64,000 nucleotides of DNA from Phoronis australis (GCA_002633005.1 NMRA01000487.1:241010-305009); one strand, 5' to 3'; positions 36,141-50,400 are shown, counted from the stretch's first letter. Numbers and translations are program-made. Notes: generated from the letters alone by a model not told the origin.

Positions 36141-36535
36141 ATAACAATTATAATGTAGTGAAAGTCATCATGGCAATGGTGGAGATCAATAGTAATAAAA
36201 GTTAAATTATCGCTTTTCGGAGCTCTCTGATTTTCTCATGATTGTTCATTGTGCTGTGATTCTCCACTTATTTCGCACAAAAATATTAGTCAAAATTGTC
36301 ATTTTCCATTTTGTAAAGGTTGATAACTTCCCTACAAGTAGTAAATAAATTCATAAACAGGATGCGAATGGAAAACCACGCTGAGGTGCGGCGTGTCTGT
36401 AAATTTGTTTGTTATGCCTTTAAAAGGAGATGGGAACGGTGTTCAATTTCCAGTTAGGTTTACTTAATATGTGCTACCTTACTTTAATTTTGTATCGTAT
36501 TGTAACAAGAGCCGCCAGCCTAGTTTACTGATATA

Positions 36536-36538
<3 letters not shown>

Positions 36539-36590
<52 letters not shown>
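36539..36590. repeat. (TA)n microsatellite
   Basis: Seen directly; ends at a single N. Confidence 0.95.
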
Positions 36591-39500
36591 NCAGAGACAC
36601 CTGGTGGCTGCCAAAAGTATTGCTCACAGGCTACTTTAGTTTTTGACAACATTGGACAAGACAACTAGTTCTTGTCTGTCAGTCATCAAGTTCTTAACAG
36701 GTCCTCCTGGAGGCAATTTGTTTGCAAGCGTTGGATTTTATATTTTAAGCTATTAAAAATAATTAAAAAATTATGGGTCATGGGTTGGAGAAATAAATGA
36801 AAAATACGGGCGGTGGGTACGAAATAAAAGTGCCTTCCCCCCCCTCCCATACAGATTTTGCTGGAACAGCCCTAACAAATATTACTTGAAAACTAATGGT
36901 AATAGAACACTTGTCATGTGATTTTTTTCTAACTCAATCACGTATCATGAGGGTAACTTCCCATGTCTATGTTAAACACAGAGAAAGCTGATTTCTGTAT
37001 TCTAGCTGGAACTCTGAGAAGCACCGTTTCAGCTAGTTGATCATAATTCTTGAATTTGAAACATTCAATTTTGCCTTTTTCTAAAATTTGATACATACTC
37101 TGACCTTGAGCAAAGTGATTTTTCACGAGTCCCTTACCATAAGTTGAAGTTGACTGGGGAAAAGGTCATTTAAAATGCTGTTTGTTAATTCTCAGTCAAC
37201 AAGGCTGTAAAATTATTCTTGATGCTAGCTTTGCTGACATTTACTAAATTTACATGGACAGCACATGTCGCATTAATAACTATAGACATCTGTTAATGAT
37301 TACCAGTCTGTTTTGGTAATGTAATCTGAAGGTCATTGCAATGTAAACTGCATCTGGTATTGCAGCAAGCAGTGCATTAATCAAACACCTTGGATGTGAA
37401 CAGTCATATAGGATTGGCTAATACTGCATAATGAGCTTTATTGTGCTTAAAATGTTTGATTTAATTTTAAGGCTAAGGCGGTACAATGTAACACCAGGAG
37501 GATATTCTTAAAGGAGAAATTCTGGGATTTCTGGATATTTTGGCACAGATTTGTCCTAGTTAGACTTGGGTAATGGGATGCTATTTTTTAGAAAAAATCG
37601 AATAATCAGTACTTGCAGATCCTGGAAATGAAATGTTGACATCAAAATAATAATTGTTGTTTTTTGTCATGGTGTATGCCTTTTGAAATGTCTTCAGTTT
37701 TGATGTCTACTGGATGTTTGTCTGTTCATGTTTGTTGAAGTCTTGCGAGTGAATCCACATAACCCCTGAATTATCCGTCTTGGCGGATATTTTAGGAATC
37801 TGTCTATACATGACGTCATTTGACAACTATCAGGCGTTATTGCCACTCATTATTAGTACAAGTTGTGTTAGTCATCAAGAAGAAAAATGTGTTTTGCCCA
37901 GTTGCTTTTGTAGTAAACTCTCACCTATTTAGGTCACAATTTCTAAAATTTCTGTTTTATTTTTAAAAAAAAATTTCCAGGCACCAAATCTGTTGCGTAG
38001 TTATCTTCAAACTCTGTAACATAGTGATCGTCTGACAATATTTTTCAAGATTGTTGAAATAAAAAGTGTTGCATGTGTCAACAACCAGGTCAGAACCGTG
38101 GAAAAAACAAAAACGAAATGAGTGCAAAAATACAAAACATTACAAAACGCCTCTCTACACGGCATTGTTTTGTGTAAAAATGTCATTCTGTACTATTGAG
38201 CTTGTCTTTGTTTTGATGATGAACAGCTGCCTCTAAGTAATGCATAATCTGCTGGTGTGGACAACATGTTGGAATATATTAACATTTATTGGAAGACCAC
38301 AGTTTCTCGCTAAAGTACTGGCAGCACAGATAGATTAAGCGTGTTTACTGTTTCGGAGTTGACAGGGACTAGAAATTCTAACAAACTGTGGGCTTTACAG
38401 GTGGTGTTGGTATAAAAATTAAACTAGTCACATAATATGTCTTTAAAGATGTATTGGCATGTTCTTTATGTATGGTGGGAACTAAACGGCATCATCTATG
38501 CTAAACAAAGTGCAGTCGTATTCATTGACAACTTGGAAATATGAAAACAAAAATTTCTGCAAATAGGTGACCTCTGCATTAATGACATAACTTGGGGGCT
38601 CACATAACCAGCATCATACTGTGCTATTCTCCAACACCACGTCACAATACTTGCTGGACTCTGTTGAGTGATGGTGCAGCGGATCATTATCAACACAAAA
38701 CTCGTTCATAAAAACATTTGGCAATTTTCAACATACTTCATATTCACATCACCGCAATATGTTGTGTTTATAATTAATTTGACCAAGCAATTGCAGAGAT
38801 ATGCAATTAGCATGCAAGTTCCACTTTAAGTTATTGTAGGATCTTATTATCAGGTTGTGTATTTATCCAAATATTTACAAAACTATCGATTTCAACTCAT
38901 TAGCAGTATATAATTTATCTTTTTACCAATTTGTCTTTAATTAGGTCACACGCCTTTTTCAAAAAATGTAGGAAAAAGAAAGGTATATTGACATCAAAAT
39001 AACGTCATCAATAACTTGATAAAAAGAGGTGAAAAAAGAGGAAACTTTAAATCAAATATGAGGAAATTAAAATCAAGAAAGAGGAGATCTTCTTGTGATA
39101 GAAATATTTTTCGTGTTGTAAAATTTAAATGAAATAAACGATTTCGCATGAATAAAGTCATAATAATGATAAAAAATATGAAAACAGAAGAAACTGAAAA
39201 TCAAATAAGAGGAAATCCAAACCAAAAAAGAGGAAAATCTCATAAAAGAGGAAAGCCCTGTGGAAAGCTGTTAGGAGGCCTGCAGATTATGCATGGTATA
39301 AGCATTTGCAGTCAAGATTACTGTGACTAGGGAATCTTTTTGGCCTAAGGCTCACTAGTGCTTCTTTTGTTAAGACTTCTGCTTTTGCTTTTTGTTTTTC
39401 AAAATAAACCATAATGAAAACTAGGATCATTGTAGTCAAAGTGGTTGAGTTCATCATCTATTTTCAGAAAGAATATCACTTATTCTGTAGTTTAAAAATT

Positions 39501-40150
39501 CCAGGTCAAACTGTTATTACTAAATCCCCTGGGTAACACTGGCTTTTTTATTCCATTTTGAAAGTTAAAGTTGCACATACATGCAGGGCTTTAATTTATG
39601 TCTAATGCTATGTAATATGCAGGATTTTTTAGTGCAGGAAATTCGTTCATTATCAAAATTGATGGTAAGGGATCCAGACTCCTGAACCAGCAGATAAGTT
39701 AATACAGTGTCATCAAGAGTAGAAAAACACATTTCATTCCCAATAATAAAATATAGTCAATTTCACCTGCCTTAAATGTACAAATGTTCTAACCTGCATG
39801 TGTTTGATTAACTGAGCTACAAGTTGGTGTTGTGTCATGGCCTTGTAATTATCACATTTACCTTATTTCGCATGCCAAAATTGTTTGGAATAATATTTTG
39901 TCCCTCACTTATTTTGCCCCACACTACATGGCAGGAATTTCTTGCCTCACCTTACTCGCATATGGTCAGTTTTGCTATCCTTGTTCTTAGTAATGCCAAC
40001 CTTTTTAACTGTGTTTTAAAATAGTTAAAATAGGGTCTGAGCACTTTAACCCTACCTACCACTACATTCATCCATTCATTTGTAACCCGACTGGTGGTGT
40101 TGCAAACATGAAGTTAAAGGGGTGATTTAGATCAGCGTCTGTAGCCCTGT

Positions 40151-40513
40151 GCCGGGTTGCATGAAACAGTCCCAAACAGGGACTCAACTAAGTTTCCTAA
40201 ATCATTTCCCCTTTAGTATGAGCTCCTCTTTGACTAACCAAATTTTCTAATAACATAACTAAAAATTGAGTCCTGAATTCAATAAGAATAAACAGAGACT
40301 TTGTCCTATTATAAGATCCCTATGTATTTTCAATAACATTGAGAATTCAATGTCAAGTTCAGTTTGATTTGTTACAAAACCAAAAATTGACTTAGTAATG
40401 AGACTCAAACAGCATAAGAAAGGACAATCAATGTTTTCACAAGTCCACAAATACGCAGTAGATTTAGGGAACTTAGCTGAGACCCTATTTGGGACTGTTT
40501 GATGCAACTGGCC
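40151..40513. mobile_element. PIF/Harbinger-like MITE
   Basis: About 50-bp imperfect TIR gccgggttgcatgaaacagtcccaaacaggg / ccctatttgggactgtttgatgcaactggcc. Confidence 0.7.
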
Positions 40514-41167
40514 TATAGAGCGTTTCACCAAGAATGGGGTAAAGTTCGAACAAGATAAAGCGAATGCATTACTTTTAACTGAATCACTACTTTGACTACC
40601 TGTAGGCTGTCTTTCATTAAAGGTAAGTGATGCTTGTTTACTTCGCACACCTGTCAACCACAAAGTCTGTGTGTGTAGTTTATTTCACACACTCGGACTA
40701 TTTATCAGAAAGTACATTTTATTTATTTTGTGCCAAAGAAGTTGAGAATTACTGTAAGAATAAATCTGTTACAATAGTTTGACTGGTGGCAAGACACGTT
40801 TATTCAAAATTTCTAGCTTTGTCATGGAATTGTATTTGATATTGACTTACTCGATTTGCGTATTTGCATACATTCAGCACACTTATAGATGGCGACTTTT
40901 TGAAATATGGTCCCGTGGTACTTAAGGTGGTCTGAATTTTTAGCTCGGCAAAAAGTGTGGCTATTCATATTAGGAATTCTCTGTAAAAAGTTCTCAAGTG
41001 ATGACATTGTTCGCGCTAGCTTTTCTATTAAGGTTAGTAAATCACTTATTAAATAATTATTAAATAAACTATTCCAATGGGATTGTCACTAGGTGACTGC
41101 CTACCTTTATAAAAATAATTGCAGGTGGTCTTGTACATGTTTTACCAGAGATGCTGGCTATTGACAT

Positions 41168-41207
41168 ACTAGCTATTACCCGTGCTTTTGCACGGGTAGC
41201 AGCTAGT
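41168..41207. mobile_element. Helitron-type 3' terminal hairpin + CTAG
   Basis: actagct-at-TACCCGTGC-tttt-GCACGGGTA-gc-agctagt. Confidence 0.55.
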
Positions 41208-42842
41208 GGGAAACGCCGAGGGGAAATAGCTACACCTATAAGAGTGAACCGAGTGTTCATCGCAAGAGACGGAAATACTTATTGGAAGAGACCGTGTTCA
41301 AACCAGAATTTCTGTCACTGTCAGATTTTAGTTGGTAAAGTGTGCTGCTTCAGGATTCTATCCCCACGCAGCACAAATTTCCAGAACATTTGGCCCTGCC
41401 GTAACACAAAAGTACGGTAATCAGATATTCTTTTAAAGTGAAAACTAAGAATGCATTTAAAATATTGTATAGTGCACAAAGTATATAGATGTATAGTTAC
41501 AAAAGTTGCATCATCAATGTATATACTGCAGCTAGTTAGCGGTGTACGTGTAGAGCTCTGTTAAACACCGAAATTTCACACAACCCGGGTGCTCATCTCG
41601 TCACCTTGTCGTGAAACTTAGAGCTAACAACCTGTTTTAAAAACAGTGTGCACTCGTGATGCGCACGTACGCGCCATTTCCTAAAATTTTGTGATATCTC
41701 GTGAGTTTGTTCTGAAATTGGGATATAATGAAATGAAACCACTTTCGATTGTTTTGACATGTACGCAACCTCAAGTTGATTGAAGAACATGGAAATTGGC
41801 CAATAGGTGACGTAATGGCGCCTAACTTGAAGAGCGCATGGCAATTTTAGCAGCACAATAACTGAAGAACACCAAATTTTCCAACACCTGGGTAAATTAT
41901 TTAGTTTACTCAGTGTTTTCCCGGGGTTTTGCAAGAAGTGTGGTGGTGAATGGCCAAAACGGGGTCAGTGCAAAGCCCGTTGCCGCACCCGAATATGAGA
42001 AATGTGGTCCCCCTATTAGCTGGGTTTCGAAAGGAGCACGGTGGTGAATGCTCGATGTGGATGCGGAACCCGGCACCACATGCGAGCATGGGATGAAGTG
42101 AGATCCTCCCATCAGGGGGGGGGGTTGGGAGAGGCCTTCCCTGCAGGCAAAATTTGAAAATTAGATGTAATTGGGTGCAGTTTGCTCATCATAGACAACA
42201 TAGACAAGATCTTAACCTGAGCATCATGTAGTGGAAGTATCTGGGTAATGAACACTTCGCAAGACAATTTGGCAATGAAGTGTCCGGCATAGTGTGATCT
42301 CTGTCACACTTGAGTACAAAAACAGTGTTAAAATTCAGTTATCCACGAAGTGACAAACAGAGAACAAAAAATATTTGAACTTTGTAGATGTTATAAACTA
42401 ATTCGTGTAACGAAACTTCTGTTGATACCGTCTTGCTAAACATAAATCAGTGATGGTGGATTGGCGTTGGCCAGCATAGCAGTAGCAGACGATGTAATAA
42501 TCCAGTCCATGCAGACGAATCTGAGACCGGTAAAAACCCTTGTAGTGCTATACACTGTACACAGTGTCCTGACCAGCTGGCTGGCTATTTTTAGGTTAAA
42601 CTCAATATTAACACACTCAATTGTTTTAATCAAAAATTTAACAAACCAGTTTGATTTATATACTATGTATTATACATCATTGTGAAGCTTATAAAATCAG
42701 CTTCATCTCCAACTATCAGGAAGATAGTTATGATATATGCTGCTGATGACCAATGGAATACTGGCAATGGTGTAAAATACAGCAGTTTTCAATATTCTCA
42801 TCTCATGCAAATAAACACAAATAACCAAAAAATATGAACATA

Positions 42843-44366
42843 CCGTATTCGCCGTAATAAACGCCCAGTGCGTTTAGAAAAGTTTGTTTCAAGGGGGGGC
42901 GCTTATCATAACCCAAGGTCGTTGAAACCCGGTCTCCGAAACGGATGAAATCGGAAGCTAAGATTCATCATATTTACGCTGTGTGATGTATCTGTAATCT
43001 ATGAAAGACTTTCTACAAAACTGTGGTGCATTGCTATCAAATTCTGCTGCTAAATTACGATCATTTTACAGAAGATTGTGCTGAAATCCCAGGGCGAAAA
43101 CTCACCGACTGCCTGCCTCACAATCGTCGATATGGCAACTTGGAATGCTTGAATAAAATTACAGTTTCGACTCAAGCAAATTACCTGAAATCCTCCTTAA
43201 GTTTTCCAAGTAGCGTCCCTTAGATTTTTAAGTTCCCGTGGAGTCAGGATCACAGCTGGTTTAAGTACAAATCTGTGCAACATCGTGCCATCTTATCTAC
43301 GAGTATGATTGGCAACATGAGAAAAATGTCTGGACGAACACACATGTTGTTGTCACGTGATGTTTGTTTTGAGGTTGTCTGCGTTTGTGAGTAAGCGAGC
43401 ACGTGCGTGTCACCAGAGTTCATTTGCCAGAGCAGATACCATCTTTTGGCCAGAGCCATGCAATCTAACAAGTTAGATGTGAATTGTATCTAAAGAAATT
43501 TGCACAAGCAGTAGGCCTAAACCAGAGCATGTTTCATTCGGCACTTGCCGGTCTCATGTGCTAAAAACGTTTGACATTTGTCTCGGTAAGGCCATATTAG
43601 TCGTCATGTGGCTGGATGCGGCGTACGTGAGTATCTGACAGTTATTTTTCAGTGTAAGGGTGTGTAAGCATTCACTGTAAGTGGTCAGTTTATCGGATAT
43701 TTGTCTTAAAAACACCAATTATGGTTAATCAAACAATTCATCTTAAAAATAACGCAAACATTTTTTTTATAGTATTAGAAACTGTCGGAAATTAGTGCCA
43801 ATATTCATTTCTTGGCGATGCTTTGCTACCCGTTTCATGAATGGATAGTTCCCGACTAATGTCTTTGATGACAAGTTCATGTATGTAACGCGCGCTTCCT
43901 AGCTACGTGCTTTTAACACTGGCCAAGCTTTTTATTAGTCTTCGATTCGCGGTTTTCACGTGTTAGAAGGCCGACAAAGAAATTTGGATTCCTGTTGAAA
44001 GCGGGAAATATGTTCAAAGCAATACCGTAGACAAGTACACTACTTCTGTTCTGAAAGGCCGGACCATTGGTCCTCGCATTATCAGCAGAACTTCTGTGTT
44101 CGTTTTGAGGCCTGGCGGAAGTTTGAAGTGTATAGTCACGGCTAAATGCCGGCGAGGCTCGTGGTCTATAAATTCTGCGCACAATGATTTTTTTCAGGAC
44201 AGTCGGATATTATTGACAAATTGAAGAGGTTACTGTAGAATTTTAGGACTGTAGGTAAGGCATTTTTCGCACGTACATGTTCATGGACTGGGCGCTTATT
44301 TTAGCAGAGTCTGAAAACGCGTGGGGGTGCTTATAGGGGCATGGACGGTTATTACGGCGAATACGG
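42843..44366 (+). mobile_element. Non-autonomous Tc1/mariner(pogo)-like DNA transposon, copy 2 (most intact)
   Basis: TA TSD on both sides; perfect 18-bp TIR CCGTATTCGCCGTAATAA; homologous to 4452-5853. Confidence 0.88.
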
Positions 44367-46392
44367 TATGTCAATTAAAACAAGGGTAGAAATGTTCTGA
44401 AATCAGCATCAAGTGTCCATTTCAAACAAGAGGCCTCAGAACAACAGGTAAATCAAGATAAGTTACCGGAATACTGGAAAATCCCATCCTCAATATGGAA
44501 TCCTTGACCAATGTTGCTCAATTAGCCAATCACAAACAGTCTTTCATGAATACGTGGGACCTTATGCAACCCAACCTAACTAGGCCCTTTTAAATTTTCT
44601 GATTGGCCATTATTTTAGAATTGAGTTTGACCTACTTAGATCAGTGCTAGGCAGCCGGATACCTCCTCCGGCGTTAGCCAGACAGACTGGAATGTTGAAA
44701 CCGGAGAAGCCCGGGGTCAGCAGGACTAGGGTTTAACCTTCAATGTCGTCATTTTAGCGCAGGGCTATGGTTGATTAAACAGTTGGATGTCACGCTGTGC
44801 AGTATAATCCACAATGTCTTTTGTAAACTCGTACACGATAAAAATGAATGAAGCAGAAATCTTACTGTTTCTAACTTCATTAGCGAGCCCAGACGCTTTC
44901 CCATTTTGGGAAATTCGTATCGTAGCCGTTGTCTGCATTGTCGGATAACCAGGCAGAAACGAGTTACAAAAGGAGATTGGGGATTGAATGACTGTGTTTA
45001 ACGGGGGCACAATTCAAGATCCCATTGTAAAATTATTATTTTTCCCTGTCGATCCGCAAACAGCAAGAGGTGCCGTGTGACTTATTCTTATTCATAATAA
45101 CTAGCGATCATTTTTACTAGCGATTTTTGCGTGGCGGTGAAGTTTCCCCGTTATGCTTAGGTGTGTGGCGGTCAGTTTGAGTATGATTTACAAGTGGCGG
45201 GGCCGAAAAAGAGCGTGGCCGGGCGCCCAGAAGTTTACACGCAGGGGAAACCCTGTTACTCAAGGAAGAGTAAAAGAATTTTAATGAGGCATCATTCATT
45301 TTAGCGGCGATATGTCCGATGAATAAAATACGCAACAGAAGCCGGAGGGAGTGAAATTAAGCCGGCGGGGTGACGTCACCCAGGCCGTTGAGCTCACAGA
45401 CTGACGTCACCAAGGCCAGTACGAAACTGGCCACCCTCCTTCCGCGTCCGCGAAAAAACGGCCCGCGAGAAAAAAATAAAACACCTCGAATACAAATTGG
45501 GGGTCGATGCAATACCTGGAACCAAGCCCGTGCCGAAATGGGCTCAACGAAAAGGTCTGTAGTAGACCACAACTTTCATCACCAAGGTGTTTTTTCATTT
45601 ATCTTTTTAAGGTTTACTCGTGGACAAATATGACCATTCTGTCACATTTACAAAGCTATAAACAACCTCTGACATGCTTTTTTAAGTAACAATACAGAAT
45701 TTACAATTCGTCAGTACCGAAAAAATTCTTTTATAGTAAAGGAAACTTTGTTGAATACAAGATCAATGACCCATAGTTCAATTTTATAAAATAATTGTAA
45801 CAGGTACGCTTTAAAATACCAATACTATGTACATATACTTAGACTATTTGCAGTAGATTGCATTACTAGCAGTTTGTCACGCATCTGTTTGAGAAGTCTT
45901 TTTGTTTTAGAAAAAACAAAAACTACTCATTCATGTGATTACAATGAAGTGTCTCATTCGATTGTAATGTTTTTGTGATCATAATAAATTCCTGTGAGCT
46001 TTAAAGATTTTTTCACTCGTGATTTTGTCAAAATTTGGTAAAATTTAGTAAAAGATGGCTTAAGAATTTCGACCATTGGTATGTAATGATGAAAAGCAAT
46101 TCCTTAAAGCTTTAGTACTCAACAGAATTTGCATAGCCTTTGTCCTCCTTATTATAGGATGGGGTGTGCTTCAGGCTCTTGGATGAGTTCATCAGTTCCT
46201 TGAGTTTTGCGCTAAAGTACACCGAAATATATCGATATCTTCTGTAATCATCTCATGTGGCCTGTTTCGCGAAATGTGACTTCAGACCTAAATTTAGTCT
46301 TGCGCTCCACATCACTATTTCTGAAAAATAATTCAATCTTACTTAAGTAAGAGTGCTAAGTGTCTGAGAATGAACACTCTCCTGCTAGTTCC

Positions 46393-46466
46393 TCAGCTTT
46401 TTTGTTGTGCTGCAGTATCATTACAGAATGTCTCTTCCATCAGTGGATTGTATGTGCCGCCCAGCG
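46393..46466 (-). repeat. 74-bp duplicate of the MGAT4-like C-terminal coding end (46704-46777), including the stop
   Basis: Encodes [23 protein letters not shown] versus [23 protein letters not shown]; 4 mismatches. Confidence 0.9.
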
Positions 46467-46703
46467 TGGTAATTTCTATGAGTTTAATTTCTAAACCGTA
46501 ATGCACTCACAGTTTAATGTCGAACCTTATTTCAGCAATTGTGAAGTTAGAGAGTGGATCCTAATTTATGTCTTAAGTCACCTGTCACTTTCATAAAACA
46601 GACCCAAAATGCAATGCAGAGGTTAAATCCAATGAATTGGGAATGTTATATTTCCTTTGGCAGTGTTGCAAGAGGTGATTTTGGCAGTGCTTGGTATCTA
46701 AAT

Positions 46704-47440
46704 TCAGCTTTTTTGTTGTGCTGCGGTAACATTACAGAATGTCTCTTCTATCAGTGGATTGTATGTACCGCCCAGCGATGACCTTCTTCCTATGTGGTTG
46801 AACAGTGGTGGCTCTGCGTGAATCGGACGATTCTGAACCATCAATTTTGTGAAGTACGACAGTAGCCAGTCGATTGGCATATTGTAGTAAAAAGTCAGCA
46901 CAAAGTCAGCAAGTCGGTTGAGGTCAGTCGACTTGTAGAACTTGCCGATGTAACCTAGCTTGGAGAACTCTAGCAGTGTCCACATGGAGTTTTGTGACTC
47001 AACAAACTGCTTGATCTTTGACACATAATCAAGGCACGTAATCACGTCGTCTTCAAGCTGCATATAGTATATCGACCTGTTGGCAGAGAACTGCCACAAG
47101 AAGGCATAGTCGACGACCTGTTTAGACCTCCACTTGACTCTCCCCGGTGCATCGTTGTATGTGCGTGTAAGACCGTCCAACCGCGGGTAGCAGTGTGCCG
47201 GCAACGTAAACAGCATAAGTAATCCACTAGACAACTGTGACTGAAAGTCTTTTTGGAATCGCTTGATCATGGCGTCAGTGAAGCTTCGGTTGAAGTCAGA
47301 CAGGAAGACAATAATGGTGATTTCTGATTGTTCGTGTGGACGTAGGTTTTTTATTAAGCTAGAGATTGTCCTGTTTAAGTATCCCGTTCCGTTTGTGGTG
47401 TTTGGACGAAAGATGGACGAAATGCCTATAGTCATGTAAC
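46704..47440 (-). CDS. MGAT4C-like catalytic (last) exon
   Basis: tttgcag acceptor; GT54 motifs including EDD; TGA at 46704-46706. Confidence 0.93.
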
Positions 47441-50400
47441 CTGCAAATACATACAAAATGATTGTTTTGACAACATGCAGTTTGCGCTCAGTCGAGAATG
47501 GACGTGTATTGACCCACCTGAATCCTGATCATGGATTATCAGTTAACATTGTTAACATTCAGGTTAACATCAGTGCTCATTCTGTGGAGATTAATTTGGG
47601 TAATCAGACACAAAATTGAGGCTTTTATTTTGTGCAAAAATTATTACTGAATATGTAAACGACATACCAGTAAGTCACAAGATATTTTGCTTGTGCACTG
47701 CATCGTTCTTGCGCATCAAGTTGCAAAATTTGAACCATAAACAAAATGAGGGACTTGGGGTTTGTATGGTAAGTCAGTCCTAGAATTTCAGTGGGTATTC
47801 TTCAAGTGTTATTTTCTCGTACAGTGGCGGATCTACGGGGGGGTAAGGGTGTTTAAACCCCCCCCTTGGGCCAGGACCCAAAAAAAAAATAAAAACGTCT
47901 CCAGCAAAACAAAAACGGCACCGCCAGCGTATGTAAACTCCAAATGAACCAACTTGGAAAAAATTGAGGGGGTGGCTCACTCTGAAAATATATTTTTTTT
48001 GCATTGTGAATTGCTGTTATGAATTAAAAAATAAAAGCATTTCGAGTCTTCGTGGCTCATCGGCAAAACGCACAGAGATCAATTGTGCGCGCGCTTCCGT
48101 CGACACTTCTGATGTAGCCAAGCATTCGGGATCCACCGCTGAAAGAGCAGCTCTATAGCTGGTTTCTTTAGGTAATTCATGCGCGCACCCAGGGGGGGTT
48201 TGGGAGGCTCGCATGAGCCCCCCCCCATTTGGCGAAGTGGGCAAAAAGGTCCGCCCCTGAGAGACAAAAAGTCCGAGAAAATGAGGCATAAGTCCATCAA
48301 ACATGCGCAAACGCACAATCCACAGTGGTGCTCCAGTTTTTTTTTTTAGTCCTCCCACTTTTTTGTTACCAAAAGGTCCACAAAGTTTGGAATTCGAGCC
48401 CCCCCTATTGAAGGCTGGGTGCGCGCATGTAATTAGCTTCTTTACTCTAAGATACGTTTTGATTTGATTGGGGGAAATACTGTAGTGCTGCAACCCTGAT
48501 ATTCAGGCGAATTGACGTGCAACATTTTTACCTCATCTGTCATGCCGTGTTATGCTATTACCTATTACACTCCACATGTTTGTAACTCGAATTTGACTGG
48601 TGTATAGTAAAGTTGTCTATCTCAATATCATACAGTGTACATGTACATGTAATGTTTTTGAAAAAAACTCATTTTCCGAAGAATTGCTATTGTGGCGGGC
48701 GCCGTGGTCTGGTCTCGAGTCCGTTTGAAGATCCACTTTAACAAGTTATGTCTATACAAGGAATGACAAAGGGGGCACTCACATTGACAAAGTGACCGCA
48801 TTCGCAAACAGTGTACAGTACCAGAAATGAATTGTTTATTGTCGCTTTTAATAATAGACTATGAGCTGAGAGTACCATCGTTTGCCGGTTTTTCTCGTAA
48901 CGAGACAGAGCACATGGTTATTTCCGCACTCCGGTCTTCATTCTTAAACAACTTGAGGCTGCTGTTACGCGATCATCTGATATTCAAGTTTTTACGCCCC
49001 GTCGGTGTTCCTTATGCTCTTGAATATTGGGTAGTTGCCTAAACCGCTGTATACACACCACACTTTTTTATATACGACTTTTCGTATGCTAAAATAGGTG
49101 TGTGTAAGCAGACGTTCCAACAAAAATTCCTTACACAGTCTGCTCAGCAGGGAAGTGTGTTGTATTCGTTTGGCAATTTATAGGACAACTGTTGTGAAAG
49201 ATCATCCATCAAGAATCATAATGTCCTTTGTTTGTCACATTATGTGTTTTTCATGCATTTATGACTCAAATGAGATGCCTTAGTGCATAAGCAGGGGACA
49301 CTTAAGCTGGTTTTGATACGTACCTTTGAAATGCTGCTTTCACTTACCGACTGTGTTACGCTGGTACCCAATAATGGTGGCAGCAGTTCGTGGGTCACAC
49401 TGAGTTTTGTAAGGATACTTGATTGCCGTGGTTATATTTTGGTGACCTGGGCTCTAGCATGAAAGGAAAAGAATCATATTCAGTGGCTGATTTAAGGGGG
49501 AGGGGGGCAGGAAGCCATGGCCCCCCTAAAATTCTCCCAGATTCCATTTGGCAGTACGGGGGTCCGAATGTCTGACGGGCAAAATCCTGGCAGATACTGT
49601 GCCCCCTAACTCAAAATCCTGGTGCCTAGTGTGGTTTTAGCTTGTCTGTGGAGATGTTTTGCTGATAAATTTGCTCTCAAGCAAATAAATTGATGTGAAA
49701 TTTTTAAGAAGTTGACAGAAATTGTTTAACTATATGAAATTTGCAGATTAAGTTGCCTGGTTGGCATGTATAGTAGTGTTCTCTACAACCTGTTTTGACT
49801 CGTCACAGCGTTGAGTTTGAATTTTGCCGTGACAAGTTTGGCTCACTTGCATCGAGTTTAAAAACCTGTGCAACGTGTTTGAAATAGTTGGAGATTAGCC
49901 ATTGCCTAAGCAAAGTAGGACATTTTGGACTTATGTTACCAGTTTAATGCATTTGTTTCAACACTTAATGTACAAACTCCGCACAGTATAGACATTGACT
50001 TATGAACACATGTTCATGAATTTTGAAATTCAAGTCGAGTTTGAACTTTCTGTTGTGGAGAAATCTTGATAATAGATATAAAATCAGTGAATTAATTCAC
50101 AATGTGGACTTGTCGATTTCTCAGCCTTACAGCTGTTGGAGAAATATAGTCACCTGAATTTTTACATAAGAGGTGTAATAAAAATCTGCCTTAAAAGCTG
50201 TCTCATTCATTACCTTACTCAGATTAGAAATGGCTTCCCCAGTGGTACTCCTAGTTTAGACTGGTAATTAAAGTGCAATTTAGGACAAAGTATGACCAGG
50301 AACTGAATTTTTTTTCATTTTCTCGTGAAAGATAAGTAGCACCCAATGAATAACATGTCCTTTCTAAGGACCTACACCATAGCTACCATCAGACAATGGC

